Positions 6,994 to 18,061 of a stretch of 32,000 nt of DNA are shown here, in pieces. This DNA comes from Cupriavidus necator. GTDB taxonomy: Bacteria > Pseudomonadota > Gammaproteobacteria > Burkholderiales > Burkholderiaceae. The stretch lies in contig NZ_CP066018.1 in NCBI RefSeq assembly GCF_016127575.1, positions 3,810,001-3,842,000 of the forward strand, given 5' to 3'. The translations under genes were made by a program, and so were the position numbers. The notes below the pieces were generated by a model. It did no database searches, was not told where the DNA came from, and saw only the letters and a list, made by a program, of their open reading frames with translations. The stretch's first letter is position 1. The number at the start of each line of letters is the position of its first letter.

Positions 6994-8691
6994 CTAAGTG
7001 AACCTGAACGCCAGCGAAATAATGATCGGCCCCAGCACCGGCAGCAGCACGTTGGCAATGGCATAGGTAATGGTGTACCCCAGCAACTGCACCGAGCTGT
7101 GGCTGGCGGCCAGGATGGCGCTGATCGCCGGGGTGCTCACGTGCTGCCCGGCAATCGCACCAACCAGCAGCGGGCCTTCGATCTTCAGGAGCTTGTGACC
7201 GATCCATAAGGACAGGCACGCCGGCCCCAGCGACACGGCCAGCCCGATCAGCGGCAGCACCGCGCCGTGCTCGCGGATCAGCGAGATCGCATCCGGCCCG
7301 GCGGACAAGCCGACGCATGCGACAAAGAGCGCCAGGCCCAGGTCCTTCAGGATCTGCACGACCGACCTCGGGAAGGTGCCGAGCGACGGCCTTCTTGAAT
7401 TGATCCATCCGAACACCAGGCCGCTGAGCAGCGCCCCGCCCCCGCTGCCAAGCGAAATATGCATGCCGCCAGGGCTCAGGCTCAGGGTTCCCACCAGCAG
7501 GCCCGCCAGGATGCCCACGCACAGGAAGACCAGGTCGGTGACCTCGGTTGCCTTCGCTTCCACGCCGATTCCGGCAATGGCTTCGGACAGCGACGGCTCC
7601 AGGCCGACGATGGTGACCACATCGCCATGCTGCAGCGGCGTGGAACGCGTGATCGGCAGCGACATCCCCGAGCGCCGCACCTGCAGGATCCAGACTTCAC
7701 GCAGACGGCGTGCGCCGGCCAGGCGAGCCAGTTCGCCGATGGTCTTGCCGTTGACCCTGGGCTTGTTCACGATGACCTGCTTTTCGACCAGCTGGATGGC
7801 ATCGGTGTGGGCCTCGGGCAGCAGGACTTCGGGCCCGATCAGGGCTGCCGCCTTCAGCAGGTTGCTGCGGATCCCGACCATGGCCAGGATATCGCTGGCC
7901 TGGACCTTGTCGTCATCGCCAAGCTCGATACTGGTGCCGTCGCGCAGCACCTTGACGATAGACGCCCGGCCACCCACCTGTTGCTGCAGCTCGCTCACCG
8001 TCATTCCGGCGGCCTGGTGCACGGAATAAGCGCGCCCGATCAGGCGCGGCAGCGCGGGTTGCGTCGCGACGTCGTCCTCGGACGCGGCATCCATCTTCGC
8101 GGCGACTTCCCTGGCGGCCTTGCGCAGATCGATGCCCAGCAAGGCCGGCGCGATCTGGCTGGTGAAGAACACGATGCTGATCAGGCCGACCAGGTAGGTC
8201 AGCGTATATGCCGTGGCGATATTGGCCTCGTAGCGGCTCGCGGTGGCGGCGTCCAGGCCGAGGTGCTTCAGCGCCTCGGCGGCGGTGCCGACCACGGCCG
8301 ATTCCGTCGCCGCACCCGCGGCCAGGCCGGCGGCGGTGCCGGGATCGAAGCCCAGGTAGGCCGCCGCACCGACGGCGATGGCGAGCACGACGATGGCTTC
8401 CACCACCGGCAGGAGCATATAGCGCAGGCTCGACCGGTTCAGGTTGGCAAAGAACTGCGGCCCGCCGGAGTAGCCCATGGCGAAGATAAACAACGCGAAG
8501 GCCATGTCCTTGAGCTCGCCGTGCATCTGGCAACCGGTCTGCCCCATGAACAGCGCGACGACCAGCGTGCCGCAGACTCCCCCTAGCTGGATCGGGCCCA
8601 CGCGTGCCTTGCCGATGAAGTAACCCAGGCCCACGGTGATGAAGAGCACCATCAACGGGTTGCCTGCAAACAGATCAACGGAGCATTTCAT
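6994..8691 (-). CDS. AspT/YidE/YbjL-family transporter (aspartate:alanine-exchanger-type) with two central RCK_C/TrkA-C domains
   Basis: 565 aa starting MKCSVDLFAGNPLMVLFITVGLGYFIGKARVGPIQLGGVCG. There are hydrophobic halves at both ends and two RCK_C-like inserts (...IVKVLRDGTSIELGDDDKVQASDILAMVG and ...ILQVRRSGMSLPITRSTPLQHGDVVTIVG). I reassigned the start from 9306 to ATG 8691, which is in frame (615 nt = 205 codons), because the upstream 205 codons overlap the BatD-like gene and are Arg/Ala/Gly junk. Confidence 0.85.
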   Translation of the reverse strand: MKCSVDLFAGNPLMVLFITVGLGYFIGKARVGPIQLGGVCGTLVVALFMGQTGCQMHGELKDMAFALFIFAMGYSGGPQFFANLNRSSLRYMLLPVVEAIVVLAIAVGAAAYLGFDPGTAAGLAAGAATESAVVGTAAEALKHLGLDAATASRYEANIATAYTLTYLVGLISIVFFTSQIAPALLGIDLRKAAREVAAKMDAASEDDVATQPALPRLIGRAYSVHQAAGMTVSELQQQVGGRASIVKVLRDGTSIELGDDDKVQASDILAMVGIRSNLLKAAALIGPEVLLPEAHTDAIQLVEKQVIVNKPRVNGKTIGELARLAGARRLREVWILQVRRSGMSLPITRSTPLQHGDVVTIVGLEPSLSEAIAGIGVEAKATEVTDLVFLCVGILAGLLVGTLSLSPGGMHISLGSGGGALLSGLVFGWINSRRPSLGTFPRSVVQILKDLGLALFVACVGLSAGPDAISLIREHGAVLPLIGLAVSLGPACLSLWIGHKLLKIEGPLLVGAIAGQHVSTPAISAILAASHSSVQLLGYTITYAIANVLLPVLGPIIISLAFRFT

Positions 8692-8720
8692 AGGGGGGCG
8701 TCGTTTGGGGGACTTGATTG

Positions 8721-10109
8721 TCAGGGATTGAGCGGAGGCAGAGCGGGCATGGCTTGCCGGTGCCGTCGCACCGGCGCCCTGGCAGTATGGCGGCGCAGGC
8801 CCTGGGCCAACGGGGTGCCATTCCAGGCGGCCTGGGCCGGCATCGCGCCGTAGAGATGGCGTTGCAGGTCGGTCACGGCATCGGCAAGGGCGGCATCGCC
8901 GACCGACTCTGCCCACACTGCGGGGGTGGTGCCGTGGGCGGCGCGCGTCCATGCGCCCAGCGCCTGGCTGGCGGCAGCGGCATTGCCTGCCTGGCAGGCT
9001 TGCAGCGTTGCTTCCAGCTGCGCGTCGGCACCTTCGGCGCGGGCGCGCTTGCGCTCGGCCAGCCGCTGGCGCAGCCGGGCCAGCGCCGGCCGCATACGCC
9101 ACCACGACAGCCCGGCTGCCAGCACAGCCACCAGCCCCACTGCCCCCCACAGCAATGTCCGCCAGGGCAAGCCGCCCTCGCCCGGCAGCGCGCCGGCAGA
9201 CGGACCGCCCGGGGCCAGCGCGCTGTCCGCGCGCGCGGCAGCCACTACCACCCTGATCGCGGGCGCTTCGGACTTTGCCGGCTTGCGTGTGGCCGGATCG
9301 ACCCAATCCACTGTCACCGCCGGCAGCGTGTAGGTACCGGTCCGCTCGAACACGTAGGTGATGGCATCCACGCGCGTGCCGCCCGGCCCGGGCGCGTCCT
9401 GGGCGTGATCGGACAGCCGCGCATCGGCGCTGAAGACACGCACCCCGCGCGGCGCCGCGGCGTGCGGCGGATGGATCATCATGGCCTGGGTCTGCGGCGC
9501 AAAGGTGGTGACGGTGCGCACCAGGGCATCGCCCGCGCGCAGCCGCACGGTGCCTTCGTCGGAGGCGTGGTCCAGCGCCTGTGTCACGGTGAGCCGGGCC
9601 ACCGGCAGCAAGGGCCGTCCGGTTCCGGCGCCGGCCTTCACCGCGCCGCCGGCTCCCGCGCGGATCCGCGTGGGCGGGAAGGTCACGCTGCCCTCGCGCG
9701 GCGCGCCGTCGTCGCCCGCATAAGTGAAGCGCACGGTCGCGGTTGGCAGCTCGAAGTCGCCGTCCTGCTCGGCGGTAAAGGCATAGGTCTTGCGGATGCC
9801 GGCGTAGCCAACCCCATCGATGGTTTCGGTCGAGTTCAACGCGCGCTGGTCAGGCATGGTGACGACGGCGCCCGGCACCTGGAGCACCGGGAAGGCCGGC
9901 GCCGACATGAAGAAGTTGGGCGCCAGGATAGTGACGTCGATGCTGATCTGCTGGCCGACCAGCACCGGCTGCTTCGCGCCCACTTCCACGCGCACGATGG
10001 GCTCGGCGGCACGCGCGAGCAAGGGCAGCAGCAACGCCGCCATCAGCAAGATGACCAGCGGCGCAAGCCGCCGCAGCCACCCGCGCTGACACACGGCGCG
10101 GCCGCTCAT
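8721..10109 (-). CDS. BatD-like protein (signal peptide, large exported region, C-terminal TM)
   Basis: Starting at ATG 10109 gives MSGRAVCQRGWLRRLAPLVILLMAALLLPLLARAAEP, which looks like a signal peptide. This ATG overlaps the upstream stop as ATGA (10106-10109). A late TM (LLWGAVGLVAVLAAGLSWW) and the position after two VWA genes match BatD of Bat/MoxR operons. Confidence 0.65.
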   Translation of the reverse strand: MSGRAVCQRGWLRRLAPLVILLMAALLLPLLARAAEPIVRVEVGAKQPVLVGQQISIDVTILAPNFFMSAPAFPVLQVPGAVVTMPDQRALNSTETIDGVGYAGIRKTYAFTAEQDGDFELPTATVRFTYAGDDGAPREGSVTFPPTRIRAGAGGAVKAGAGTGRPLLPVARLTVTQALDHASDEGTVRLRAGDALVRTVTTFAPQTQAMMIHPPHAAAPRGVRVFSADARLSDHAQDAPGPGGTRVDAITYVFERTGTYTLPAVTVDWVDPATRKPAKSEAPAIRVVVAAARADSALAPGGPSAGALPGEGGLPWRTLLWGAVGLVAVLAAGLSWWRMRPALARLRQRLAERKRARAEGADAQLEATLQACQAGNAAAASQALGAWTRAAHGTTPAVWAESVGDAALADAVTDLQRHLYGAMPAQAAWNGTPLAQGLRRHTARAPVRRHRQAMPALPPLNP

Positions 10110-11749
10110 CGCTGCCCCTGCTGCGGTGCGGCCTGCCCGCGCTGCAGCGCGAACTTGCGCTGCAACAGGTCGGTCGGCGTGGTCCGGATCGCGCGCATCC
10201 ACATCTCGGCGTCCTGCGTCAGGCCGATATGCATGGACTGGCCGCCCTGCTCCGGCGGCTTCGCGGCGTCGTACTTGATTTCATCCGGCGGCACGTCGGG
10301 GGGCTCTTCCTGGTCGTCGGGGTCTGGCTTGTCTTTTGGCTTCTGCTGCGCCAGCAGCTTTTCCATCAGCGCCAGGTTGGCCGTGGCCGCCGGCCATTGC
10401 GGCTGGCGCCTGAGCGCCTGACGGTAGCGCGCGGCGGCTTGCTGGTACTGGCCCTGCCGCGCCAGCGCATTGCCCTGGTTGTAGTCGGCCTGCGGTGAAT
10501 CGACCAGCGCGAAGCTCTGCACCGCCTGCGCGTACTGGCCGGCGCGATACTGGGCGATGCCGCGCCACATCGCATCGTCGAACAGGGTCGCGGCGCGCGC
10601 GAAGTCGCCCTGCTCGAAGGCGCGGCGGCCTTGCTGGTCATGCGTCAGCCACAGGTCGGCAAAGCGCCACGGGCGCGCGCCATCGGCCTGCTGTGCGCGC
10701 AAGCCCGGCTGCGGCGCAGCGAACGCCAGCGCCAGCAGCAGGCCGGCGGTCCAGCGCACGGTCCATCCCTTGCGGAACCACAGCATGGCCAGCAGCGTGA
10801 CCGGCAGCACCAGCCACCAGCCTTCATCCTTCCAGCGCGTGCGGTCGCCAGCCTGCATCTGTTCGAGGTGCGACTGCACATGGCGCTGCACCCACGCCAC
10901 GTCGTCGTCGCTGCCGGGCGTGAAGGTGGCGAGCGGTGTGCCGCTGTCGTCGCCGAAGCGCTTGAACGCCGCGACATCCAGCCGCGCGAACACACGTGCG
11001 CCGTCCTGTTCGACATAGCCGCCCGCTGCATTGCGCAGCGGCCCGCCCTGTTCCGTGCCGATGGCCAGCACCACCGGCTGGCTGCGGCCGCTGTCCGCCT
11101 GCGCGCGGAAGGCCCTGGCGGCGGCGGGGTCCACGCCGTCGGTCAGGAACAGGATGGTGCCGGGCACCGGCTCACGCGCCAGGTCGGCGTCAATGGTGCG
11201 CAGCGCCTGTGCCATGTCGCGCCCCGGCACCGGCATGATGCGGGTCTGCAGCGCATCGACAAAGGTCTGCAGCAGGTTGGTGTCGTCCGTCAGCGGCAGC
11301 ACCAGGTGAGTGGAGCCGGCATAGGCATAGATCGCCGTGCGGCCGCCGCCGCGGCGCGCCAGCAGCGCCTTGATCTTGAGCTTGGCGCGCTCCAGCCGCG
11401 TGGGCGTGACGTCCACCGCGTCCATGGTGCGCGACAGGTCCACGGCGATCGCCAGCGGTGCCTTGTCATCCAGGAACGGCGGGCGCTCCTGCCGCCAGCT
11501 CGGCCCTGCCAGCGCGATGGCGCCGAGTGCCAGCAGCAGCGCGGTCAGGTGCACCGGGCGCAGCGCCACGCGGCGGCGTTCGCCGATCACCAGCGCGTCG
11601 AGCAGGTGCGGCGCGATGGTCTGGCGCCAGCGCCGCCGCACATCGCCGCGGCGCTGCACCGCCCACACCAGCAGCGCGGCCGGCACCAGCACCAGCAGCC
11701 ACCACGGGCGCAGGAAATGGAAGTGCGCAAGCGTGTCGAGGGCCTGCAT
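10106..11749 (-). CDS. VWA-domain plus TPR protein (BatB-like)
   Basis: It has N-terminal TM helices, a MIDAS motif DLSRTMD, a later TM, and then TPR-like repeats (FEQGDFARAATLF..., AGQYAQAVQSF..., QGQYQQAAARYRQAL). Its start overlaps the upstream stop by 1 nt (TGATG at 11747-11751). Confidence 0.8.
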   Translation of the reverse strand: MQALDTLAHFHFLRPWWLLVLVPAALLVWAVQRRGDVRRRWRQTIAPHLLDALVIGERRRVALRPVHLTALLLALGAIALAGPSWRQERPPFLDDKAPLAIAVDLSRTMDAVDVTPTRLERAKLKIKALLARRGGGRTAIYAYAGSTHLVLPLTDDTNLLQTFVDALQTRIMPVPGRDMAQALRTIDADLAREPVPGTILFLTDGVDPAAARAFRAQADSGRSQPVVLAIGTEQGGPLRNAAGGYVEQDGARVFARLDVAAFKRFGDDSGTPLATFTPGSDDDVAWVQRHVQSHLEQMQAGDRTRWKDEGWWLVLPVTLLAMLWFRKGWTVRWTAGLLLALAFAAPQPGLRAQQADGARPWRFADLWLTHDQQGRRAFEQGDFARAATLFDDAMWRGIAQYRAGQYAQAVQSFALVDSPQADYNQGNALARQGQYQQAAARYRQALRRQPQWPAATANLALMEKLLAQQKPKDKPDPDDQEEPPDVPPDEIKYDAAKPPEQGGQSMHIGLTQDAEMWMRAIRTTPTDLLQRKFALQRGQAAPQQGQR

Positions 11750-12786
11750 CAGCGCCCCTCCCCGGCGGCATTCGCGATCTCGTCAGCTCCTTTGGCCGTG
11801 CCACGCCGGCGCGACAACCACGCCGAGTAGCCGAGCATCAGCAACTGGTACGCCAGCACCAGCGCCAGCGCCGCCCCCAGCGGCCACATGAACAGCTCGC
11901 GCCGCGGCCGCCATGACAAGGTCTTCTGGTTGTGCGGCGTGATCCGGTCCAGCGTCGCGTAGATGGTCTCCAGCCCGGCCTGGTCGGCGCCGAAGAAGTA
12001 GCGCCCCCCGGTCTGCGCGGCCAGCCGCTGCAGTACGCCGAGATCGACCTTCTCCTCGCCCGAAGCATTGGGATCGCCGATGCCGATGGTATGTACCACC
12101 ACCTTGCGCTCCTTGGCGATCCCCCCCGCGCGCTCGGGCGGCATCCGGCTGGCGGTGTCGTTGCCGTCGGTCAGCACGATCAGCACTTTCTCGGGCGCTT
12201 CGCTGTGCTCGAACATCTTGATGCCGAGCCCGATGGCATCGCCCAGCGCCGTGCTCGGCCCGGCCATGCCCGGCAGCAGGCCGGTGATCAGCGTCTGCAC
12301 CAACTGGTGATCCAGCGTGAACGGTGCCAGCGGGTACGGCGCGTCGCCAAACACGATCAGGCCGATGCGGTCGCCCGGGCGCCTGGCGACAAAACCGCTC
12401 ACCACCTGCCGCACCGCCTGCACGCGCGGGATCAGCGCGCCGGACGGGTCGCCGAAGTCGCGTGTGTCCATCGACTGCGACAGGTCCAGCGCGATCAGCA
12501 GGTCGCGCGCCGGCTGTACCTTCTGGATCGGTGCCTCCAGGAACTGCGGCCGCGCCAGCGCCGTCACCACCAGCGCCCACGCCAGCGGCGCCAGCACCCA
12601 TTGCAGCCGGTTGCGGCGCGACACCACGGCCCCGGTGGCCGGGGTCAGGCCGGCGGCGCTGGCCACCTCGCCAAAGAACGGCAGGCGCACCGACGGGCTT
12701 TCCTCGCGGTACGGCGGCAGCCACCACCACAGCAGCAACGGCAGCGGCAGCAGCACGAAGAGCCAGGGGTATTCAAACTGGTACAT
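11749..12786 (-). CDS. VWA-domain membrane protein (BatA-like)
   Basis: Starting at ATG 12786 gives MYQFEYPWLFVLLPLPLLLWWWLP, the typical BatA N-terminus. It has a MIDAS motif DLSQSMD and a C-terminal TM. The track's 64 extra upstream codons are junk. It overlaps the 3' end of the DUF4381 gene by 14 nt. Confidence 0.8.
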   Translation of the reverse strand: MYQFEYPWLFVLLPLPLLLWWWLPPYREESPSVRLPFFGEVASAAGLTPATGAVVSRRNRLQWVLAPLAWALVVTALARPQFLEAPIQKVQPARDLLIALDLSQSMDTRDFGDPSGALIPRVQAVRQVVSGFVARRPGDRIGLIVFGDAPYPLAPFTLDHQLVQTLITGLLPGMAGPSTALGDAIGLGIKMFEHSEAPEKVLIVLTDGNDTASRMPPERAGGIAKERKVVVHTIGIGDPNASGEEKVDLGVLQRLAAQTGGRYFFGADQAGLETIYATLDRITPHNQKTLSWRPRRELFMWPLGAALALVLAYQLLMLGYSAWLSRRRGTAKGADEIANAAGEGR

Positions 12787-13312
12787 GGTGCTCCGCGATC
12801 CAGCGCCGGCACGTGCCGGCCACCGCCTGCACCTGCGTCTCGGGCCATTGCGCCAGCACCGCGTCGTCGCGGTATTCGGCGTCCTGCACCAGCGCAGCCA
12901 GCAGCGGCGCGGCGTCTTGTGCGCGCCCGGCGTGTGCCTGCAGGAATTCGGCCCAGCCGGCGCCGGCCAGGCTGGCAACCTGGGCGCGCGGCCACGCGGC
13001 CAGCGCCGTGCGCTTGAGCAGCGCCGCCATCTGCCGCAGCGCGGCGACGCGGTGCGCGGGGTCAGCGCCCAGCGGCAGTCCTGCCAGTTCGGCCAGCGCC
13101 TCGCGCCGGTAGCGGTTGGCGCGGTAGCGCCGCCACGCGCGCCAGCCTGCCCAGGCCAGCGCCAGCAGCAGCAAGGCGCCGGCGATCGGCCAGCCGATGG
13201 TCTGCGGCGCCCAGGATGGGGGCGGCGGCACGGCTACGTCGGCAAGGGTGGCCAGCGTAGCCACGCCCGTGCTGTCTTCGACGCCCGCTGCGGTGCTGTG
13301 CGTGAGGCTCAT
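12773..13312 (-). CDS. DUF4381-like small membrane protein
   Basis: PPPPSWAPQTIGWPIAGALLLLALAWAGWRAWRRYRANRYRREALAEL matches the DUF4381 pattern as I remember it. It sits between the DUF58 and VWA genes. There is an ATGA start/stop overlap at 13309-13312. Confidence 0.65.
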   Translation of the reverse strand: MSLTHSTAAGVEDSTGVATLATLADVAVPPPPSWAPQTIGWPIAGALLLLALAWAGWRAWRRYRANRYRREALAELAGLPLGADPAHRVAALRQMAALLKRTALAAWPRAQVASLAGAGWAEFLQAHAGRAQDAAPLLAALVQDAEYRDDAVLAQWPETQVQAVAGTCRRWIAEHHVPV

Positions 13313-14331
13313 CGCGCCGCTCCTGCGCGTTGCCGCACCGGCGTCTGCTGCAGCGGGCGGCCCAGCAGCCGGCGCAGCTGCAGCGCCGTTTCCTCTGCCG
13401 CCGACAGCGGCAGCAGCGGCACGCCGATGGCGTGGTGCCAGTCCAGCAGCGCCTTGGCGTGCGTATCGACAAACTCCGCAATGCTGCGCCGCGTGGCCGC
13501 GTGGCCGAAGCCCAGCTCCACCTGCAGTTCGCCGTCGCTGACCACCAGTTGGCCGGACTCCGGCAACTCGCTCAGGAAGGGATCGTGGACCAGGATGGTC
13601 AGCACGTCGTTGCGCGCCGCCATTTCCAGCATCAGGTCGCGGGTGCGGTCGTCATGGCCGTCGAAATCGCTGATGACGATAACCAGGCAGTCATGGCGCG
13701 CCGTGCGCGCGGCGCGCTCCAGCGCCGCGTTCAGCTTCCCCGCGGCGCGCCGCGCCGGCGCATCGGCGCGCAAGGCCTGGTTGAAGCGCGCGATGGCGCC
13801 CAGCAGCTGCTGCACGGCTTCGCGGCTGCGGCGCGGGGTGAACTCCTCGGCCTTCGCGTCGCCGAACACCACGCCGCCGACGCGGTCGCCTTCGGCCAGC
13901 ACGCGCCAGGCGGCCAGCGCTGCCGCCTCGGCCGCGCTGACCGACTTCATCGCGCGCCGGCTGCCGAAGAACATATTGATGCGCTGGTCCACCACCAGCA
14001 GCACGGGACGGTCCTTTTCCTCGGTGTAGACGCGCACGTGCGGCTTGCCGGTGCGCGCGGTCACGCGCCAGTCCATGCTGCGGATATCGTCGCCGGGCAG
14101 ATACAGGCGCAGTTCCTCGAAGGTCAGTCCGCGTCCGCGCACCTTGGAGGCGTGGCGGCCGGCCAGCACGCTGTGCACCGGCTGGCGCGGCAGGAAGTGG
14201 AAGTCGCGCGCGGCCACTTCCAGCGCGGCCAGCGCCGCCGCGTCCACGCTGACGCCGGCAACGGTCGCGGCAGCCGGCGCCTGCACCGCAGATGGCGCGG
14301 CGCGGGCCATGGCGCGGAACGGCAGACGCAT
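13309..14331 (-). CDS. DUF58-family protein (MoxR-associated, VWA-like fold)
   Basis: FEELRLYLPGDDIRSMDWRVTARTGKPHVRVYTEEKD is the characteristic DUF58 motif. GAGGG lies 9 nt upstream of ATG 14331, and the gene starts 20 nt after the MoxR stop. Confidence 0.8.
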   Translation of the reverse strand: MRLPFRAMARAAPSAVQAPAAATVAGVSVDAAALAALEVAARDFHFLPRQPVHSVLAGRHASKVRGRGLTFEELRLYLPGDDIRSMDWRVTARTGKPHVRVYTEEKDRPVLLVVDQRINMFFGSRRAMKSVSAAEAAALAAWRVLAEGDRVGGVVFGDAKAEEFTPRRSREAVQQLLGAIARFNQALRADAPARRAAGKLNAALERAARTARHDCLVIVISDFDGHDDRTRDLMLEMAARNDVLTILVHDPFLSELPESGQLVVSDGELQVELGFGHAATRRSIAEFVDTHAKALLDWHHAIGVPLLPLSAAEETALQLRRLLGRPLQQTPVRQRAGAAR

Positions 14332-14351
14332 CGGCTAGCCCTCGCGCGCCG

Positions 14352-15322
<971 letters not shown>

Positions 15323-15326
<4 letters not shown>

Positions 15327-17968
15327 GGCGTGTTCCTTGGTTCAGCAGGTGCGCGGCGGGCGGGGCGAGCTGACTGGCCGCCGACGAACCAGGCGTAGTA
15401 GGGATTGTCGGGATCGGCGCGCATGGCCTGCGTGATATGGCTGGCCCAGGCTTCGCGGTCACCGCGGTAGGCATCGAGGCCGGCGCGGTAGAAGGTGTGC
15501 AGCACTTCGCGCTCGCGGCGCAAGTCGCGCCAGAATGCGTCATCGGCGCCCGCCAGCGGGGGTTCGCTTTGCAGCGACAGCAGCCTGGACAAGGTTTCCG
15601 GGAAGGCGTCGCGGCGGACCCAGCCGGCGTATTCGATGCGCGGGCGGTCATCGGTGACGGCCGGCGCATCGGCCGCATACCAGTCCAGGCCGGCGCGGTC
15701 GGTGACCCAGGTCGCCATCAGCGCCGCCGGCGAGCGCACGCCCACGGCCTGCAGCGCGGCAGCAACTTCCGGCTGTTCAAAGCGCGTGCGGATGCGCGCG
15801 GCATCCAGCGCCAGCGGCGACAGCGAACCCACCAGCATCATCTCGTGCAGCTCGGTGGTCCACAGCATGGCGTGCGGGAACACGTCCAGGAAGCTGCGCA
15901 CCAGCATGCGGGTGTCTTCGTCGTTCTGCGTCGGCAGCGGCAGCCACTGCGCCACCAGCCCGCCGGGTTGCAGCCGCGCTGCCGCGAGGCGGTAGAAATC
16001 GGTCGAATACAGGTTGACCACGCCAGCCGCCGACGGAGGCGGCGGCTCCAGGGTGATCAGGTCGTACTGCTGCGTGCTTTGCAGCAGTTCACGCCGGCCG
16101 TCGCGCAGGCGGATGTCCATGCGCTTGTCGGTGGCCACGCCGAAATTGCCCTCGAAGTTGGGCACGGCGCGCGCCACCGGCGGCAGCAGTTCCGCCACCA
16201 CGCGGTGTTCAAGGCCAGGCCAGGCCAGCGTGGCGCCGGCCGTGATACCGGTGCCAAGGCCGATGACCAGGGTGGATTTGGGCGTGCCGTTGTGCACGAT
16301 CAACGGCAGCAGCGCCTGCAGCCGCATATAGCGCTGCGAGGTCATGGCATCGCCCGAATTGGAGACGCCCTGGATATACAGGCGTCGGAAGCGGTTGCTG
16401 GACGAGGTCTGCTCCACCACGGCCACGGTCGCGCCGCGGCCCTCCTCGTAGAACACCAGGTCGCCGCCGCGGGCGCGCGCCAGCAGCGTGGCGAGCCGGT
16501 CCGCAGGCGCCAGCGCGGCGGCGATCACGGCCAGCACACTGACCATCGGCACCGCCCAGCGCGCTACGCGGCGCACACCACTACCCAGCGCCACCGCCAC
16601 CACGCCGACCACGCCAGCGCTCACTGCCAGCAGAGACAGCGTATGCACCAGCCCCAGGTATGGCACCAGCACAAAGCCGGCCAGCGCCGTGCCGGCGATG
16701 CCGCCCAGAGTATTGAGCGCCACCACGCTGCCGACGCCGGCGCCGACGTGCCGGCTATCGACGCTCACGCGGAGCACGAAGGGGAACGCCGCGCCCAGCA
16801 ACAGCGTGGGCACGAACACGACCGACAGCGCCGCCAGCGCAAAGCTGGCACAGGCCGCCACCAGCGGGCTGGACGTCAGCCCCTGCACCCAGGCGGACAG
16901 GCTGCCCTGCGCCCGCAGCAGCCATTCGCCCAGCAGCACGAATTCAAGCAACGCCACCAGCCCCGCCCCCGTCACCAGCAGGCCGAAGGCGCCCCAGGGG
17001 TCGCGCACCCGGTCGGCATGGCGCGCAGCCAGCGCGCTGCCGATAGCCAGGCCGGCAAGGTACGTTGCCAACACCACGGTAAAGGCGAAGGTACGCGTGC
17101 TGAGGAACTGCACGATGGCCTGCGACCAGACCACTTCGTAGCCGAGGGCAATGCCGCCGGCAGCGGCATACAGCACCAGCGCCAGCCGGCCGTTGGCGGC
17201 ATCGCCGCCGGCAGCGGCGCCTTGCCCGGCAGCGGCGGCAACCGGCTCGGCCGCAGCTTGCGTGCGCGCAGCCAGCAGCCAGGCCACCAGCGCCGCGGCG
17301 CCATTGAGCATGCCTGCCGTGACCGCACTGCCCAGGATGCCCAGCAGCGGCACCAGCACGAATCCAGCCAGCAGCGTGCCGGCGATGGCGCCGGCCGTAT
17401 TGGCGGCATACAGCCGCCCGCCATGCACGCCCACACGGCCGGCACCTGGCGTCAGCACGCGCATCAGCACCGGCAAGGTGCCGCCCATGGCGGCTGCAGG
17501 CAGGATCACCAGCACAAAGGGCAAGGCCCACGCCAGCCATCCGGTGCGCTGCTCCAGCCAGGCGAACGGCGCTGCCGCATGCGCCAGCGCCACGGTGGCG
17601 CCGATGCCCAGCACCAGGACGCCGATTTCGAGCCACGCATACAGGCGCAGCGGATTGCCGTGGCGGTCGGCCACGCGGCCGAACAGCCAGCCGCCCAGGG
17701 CCAGCCCGCCAAAAAAGGCGCTGACCGCGGTGGTGACCGCGTGCACGTCGACGCCAACCACCAGCGACAGCTGGCGGATCCAGACGATCTGGTAAACCAG
17801 TCCGGCCGTGCCGGATATGAACAGCAACACGGCCGCCCAAAGCCACGTCTGGTCGGCCGTGTTGCCCCGCAGCGCCAAGGCGGATGCGGAATATTCGGTC
17901 TTCACGGAGCGCGCCCGGCGCCCGTCCTTGCCACCATTGCCGCCCGGGGCGGCATGAGATTCGATCAT
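15323..17968 (-). CDS. Fused polytopic-membrane / spermidine-synthase-like protein with a helical-repeat C-terminus (881 aa)
   Basis: About 480 N-terminal residues are hydrophobic helices (MFS-like). These are followed by a class-I SAM-fold segment, LVIGLGTGITAGATL...YDLITLEPPPPSAAGVVNLYSTDFYRLAAARLQPGGLVAQW, which is collinear with SpeE. The tail includes DAYRGDREAWASHITQAMRADPDNPYYAWF. There is no obvious SD at ATG 17968. Confidence 0.7.
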
Positions 17969-17984
17969 GAACTGGACCGTTGGC

Positions 17985-18014
17985 GCGAAGGCCCGCGCGT
18001 ACGCGGGCCTTCGC
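17985..18014. terminator. GC-rich hairpin (13-bp perfect stem, 4-nt loop) between the sulfatase stop and the start of the next gene
   Basis: GCGAAGGCCCGCG-CGTA-CGCGGGCCTTCGC; I checked the pairing base by base. It lies 48 nt downstream of the sulfatase stop (18062) and 17 nt upstream of ATG 17968. There is no U-tract on the minus-strand transcript, so this is not a canonical intrinsic terminator. Confidence 0.4.
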
Positions 18015-18061
18015 CGGTTTCAACTGCCGTCACAGGCGGACGGCGCTGATGACTGACTGCA

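Noticed and set aside
6665-7522. A 285-aa minus-strand ORF spanning the transporter 3' end and the islet edge.
   Set aside because: It overlaps the well-supported transporter gene out of frame. I looked in it (and in the third frame, 6735-6993) for a missing N-terminus of the toxin-like gene, such as a C-x-x-C-x-R-x-GL-type motif, and found nothing convincing.
8692-9306. The N-terminal 205-codon extension of the transporter ORF (track ORF 6994..9306, 770 aa).
   Set aside because: The extension overlaps the BatD-like gene in another frame and is Arg/Ala/Gly junk. The family-typical N-terminus MKCSVDLFAGNPLMVLF starts at ATG 8691.
15437-18049. An 870-aa plus-strand ORF.
   Set aside because: It is antisense to the 881-aa fused SpeE-like gene. 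Its composition is dominated by R, Q, G, A and H. The minus-strand product has clear TM helices and a SAM fold.
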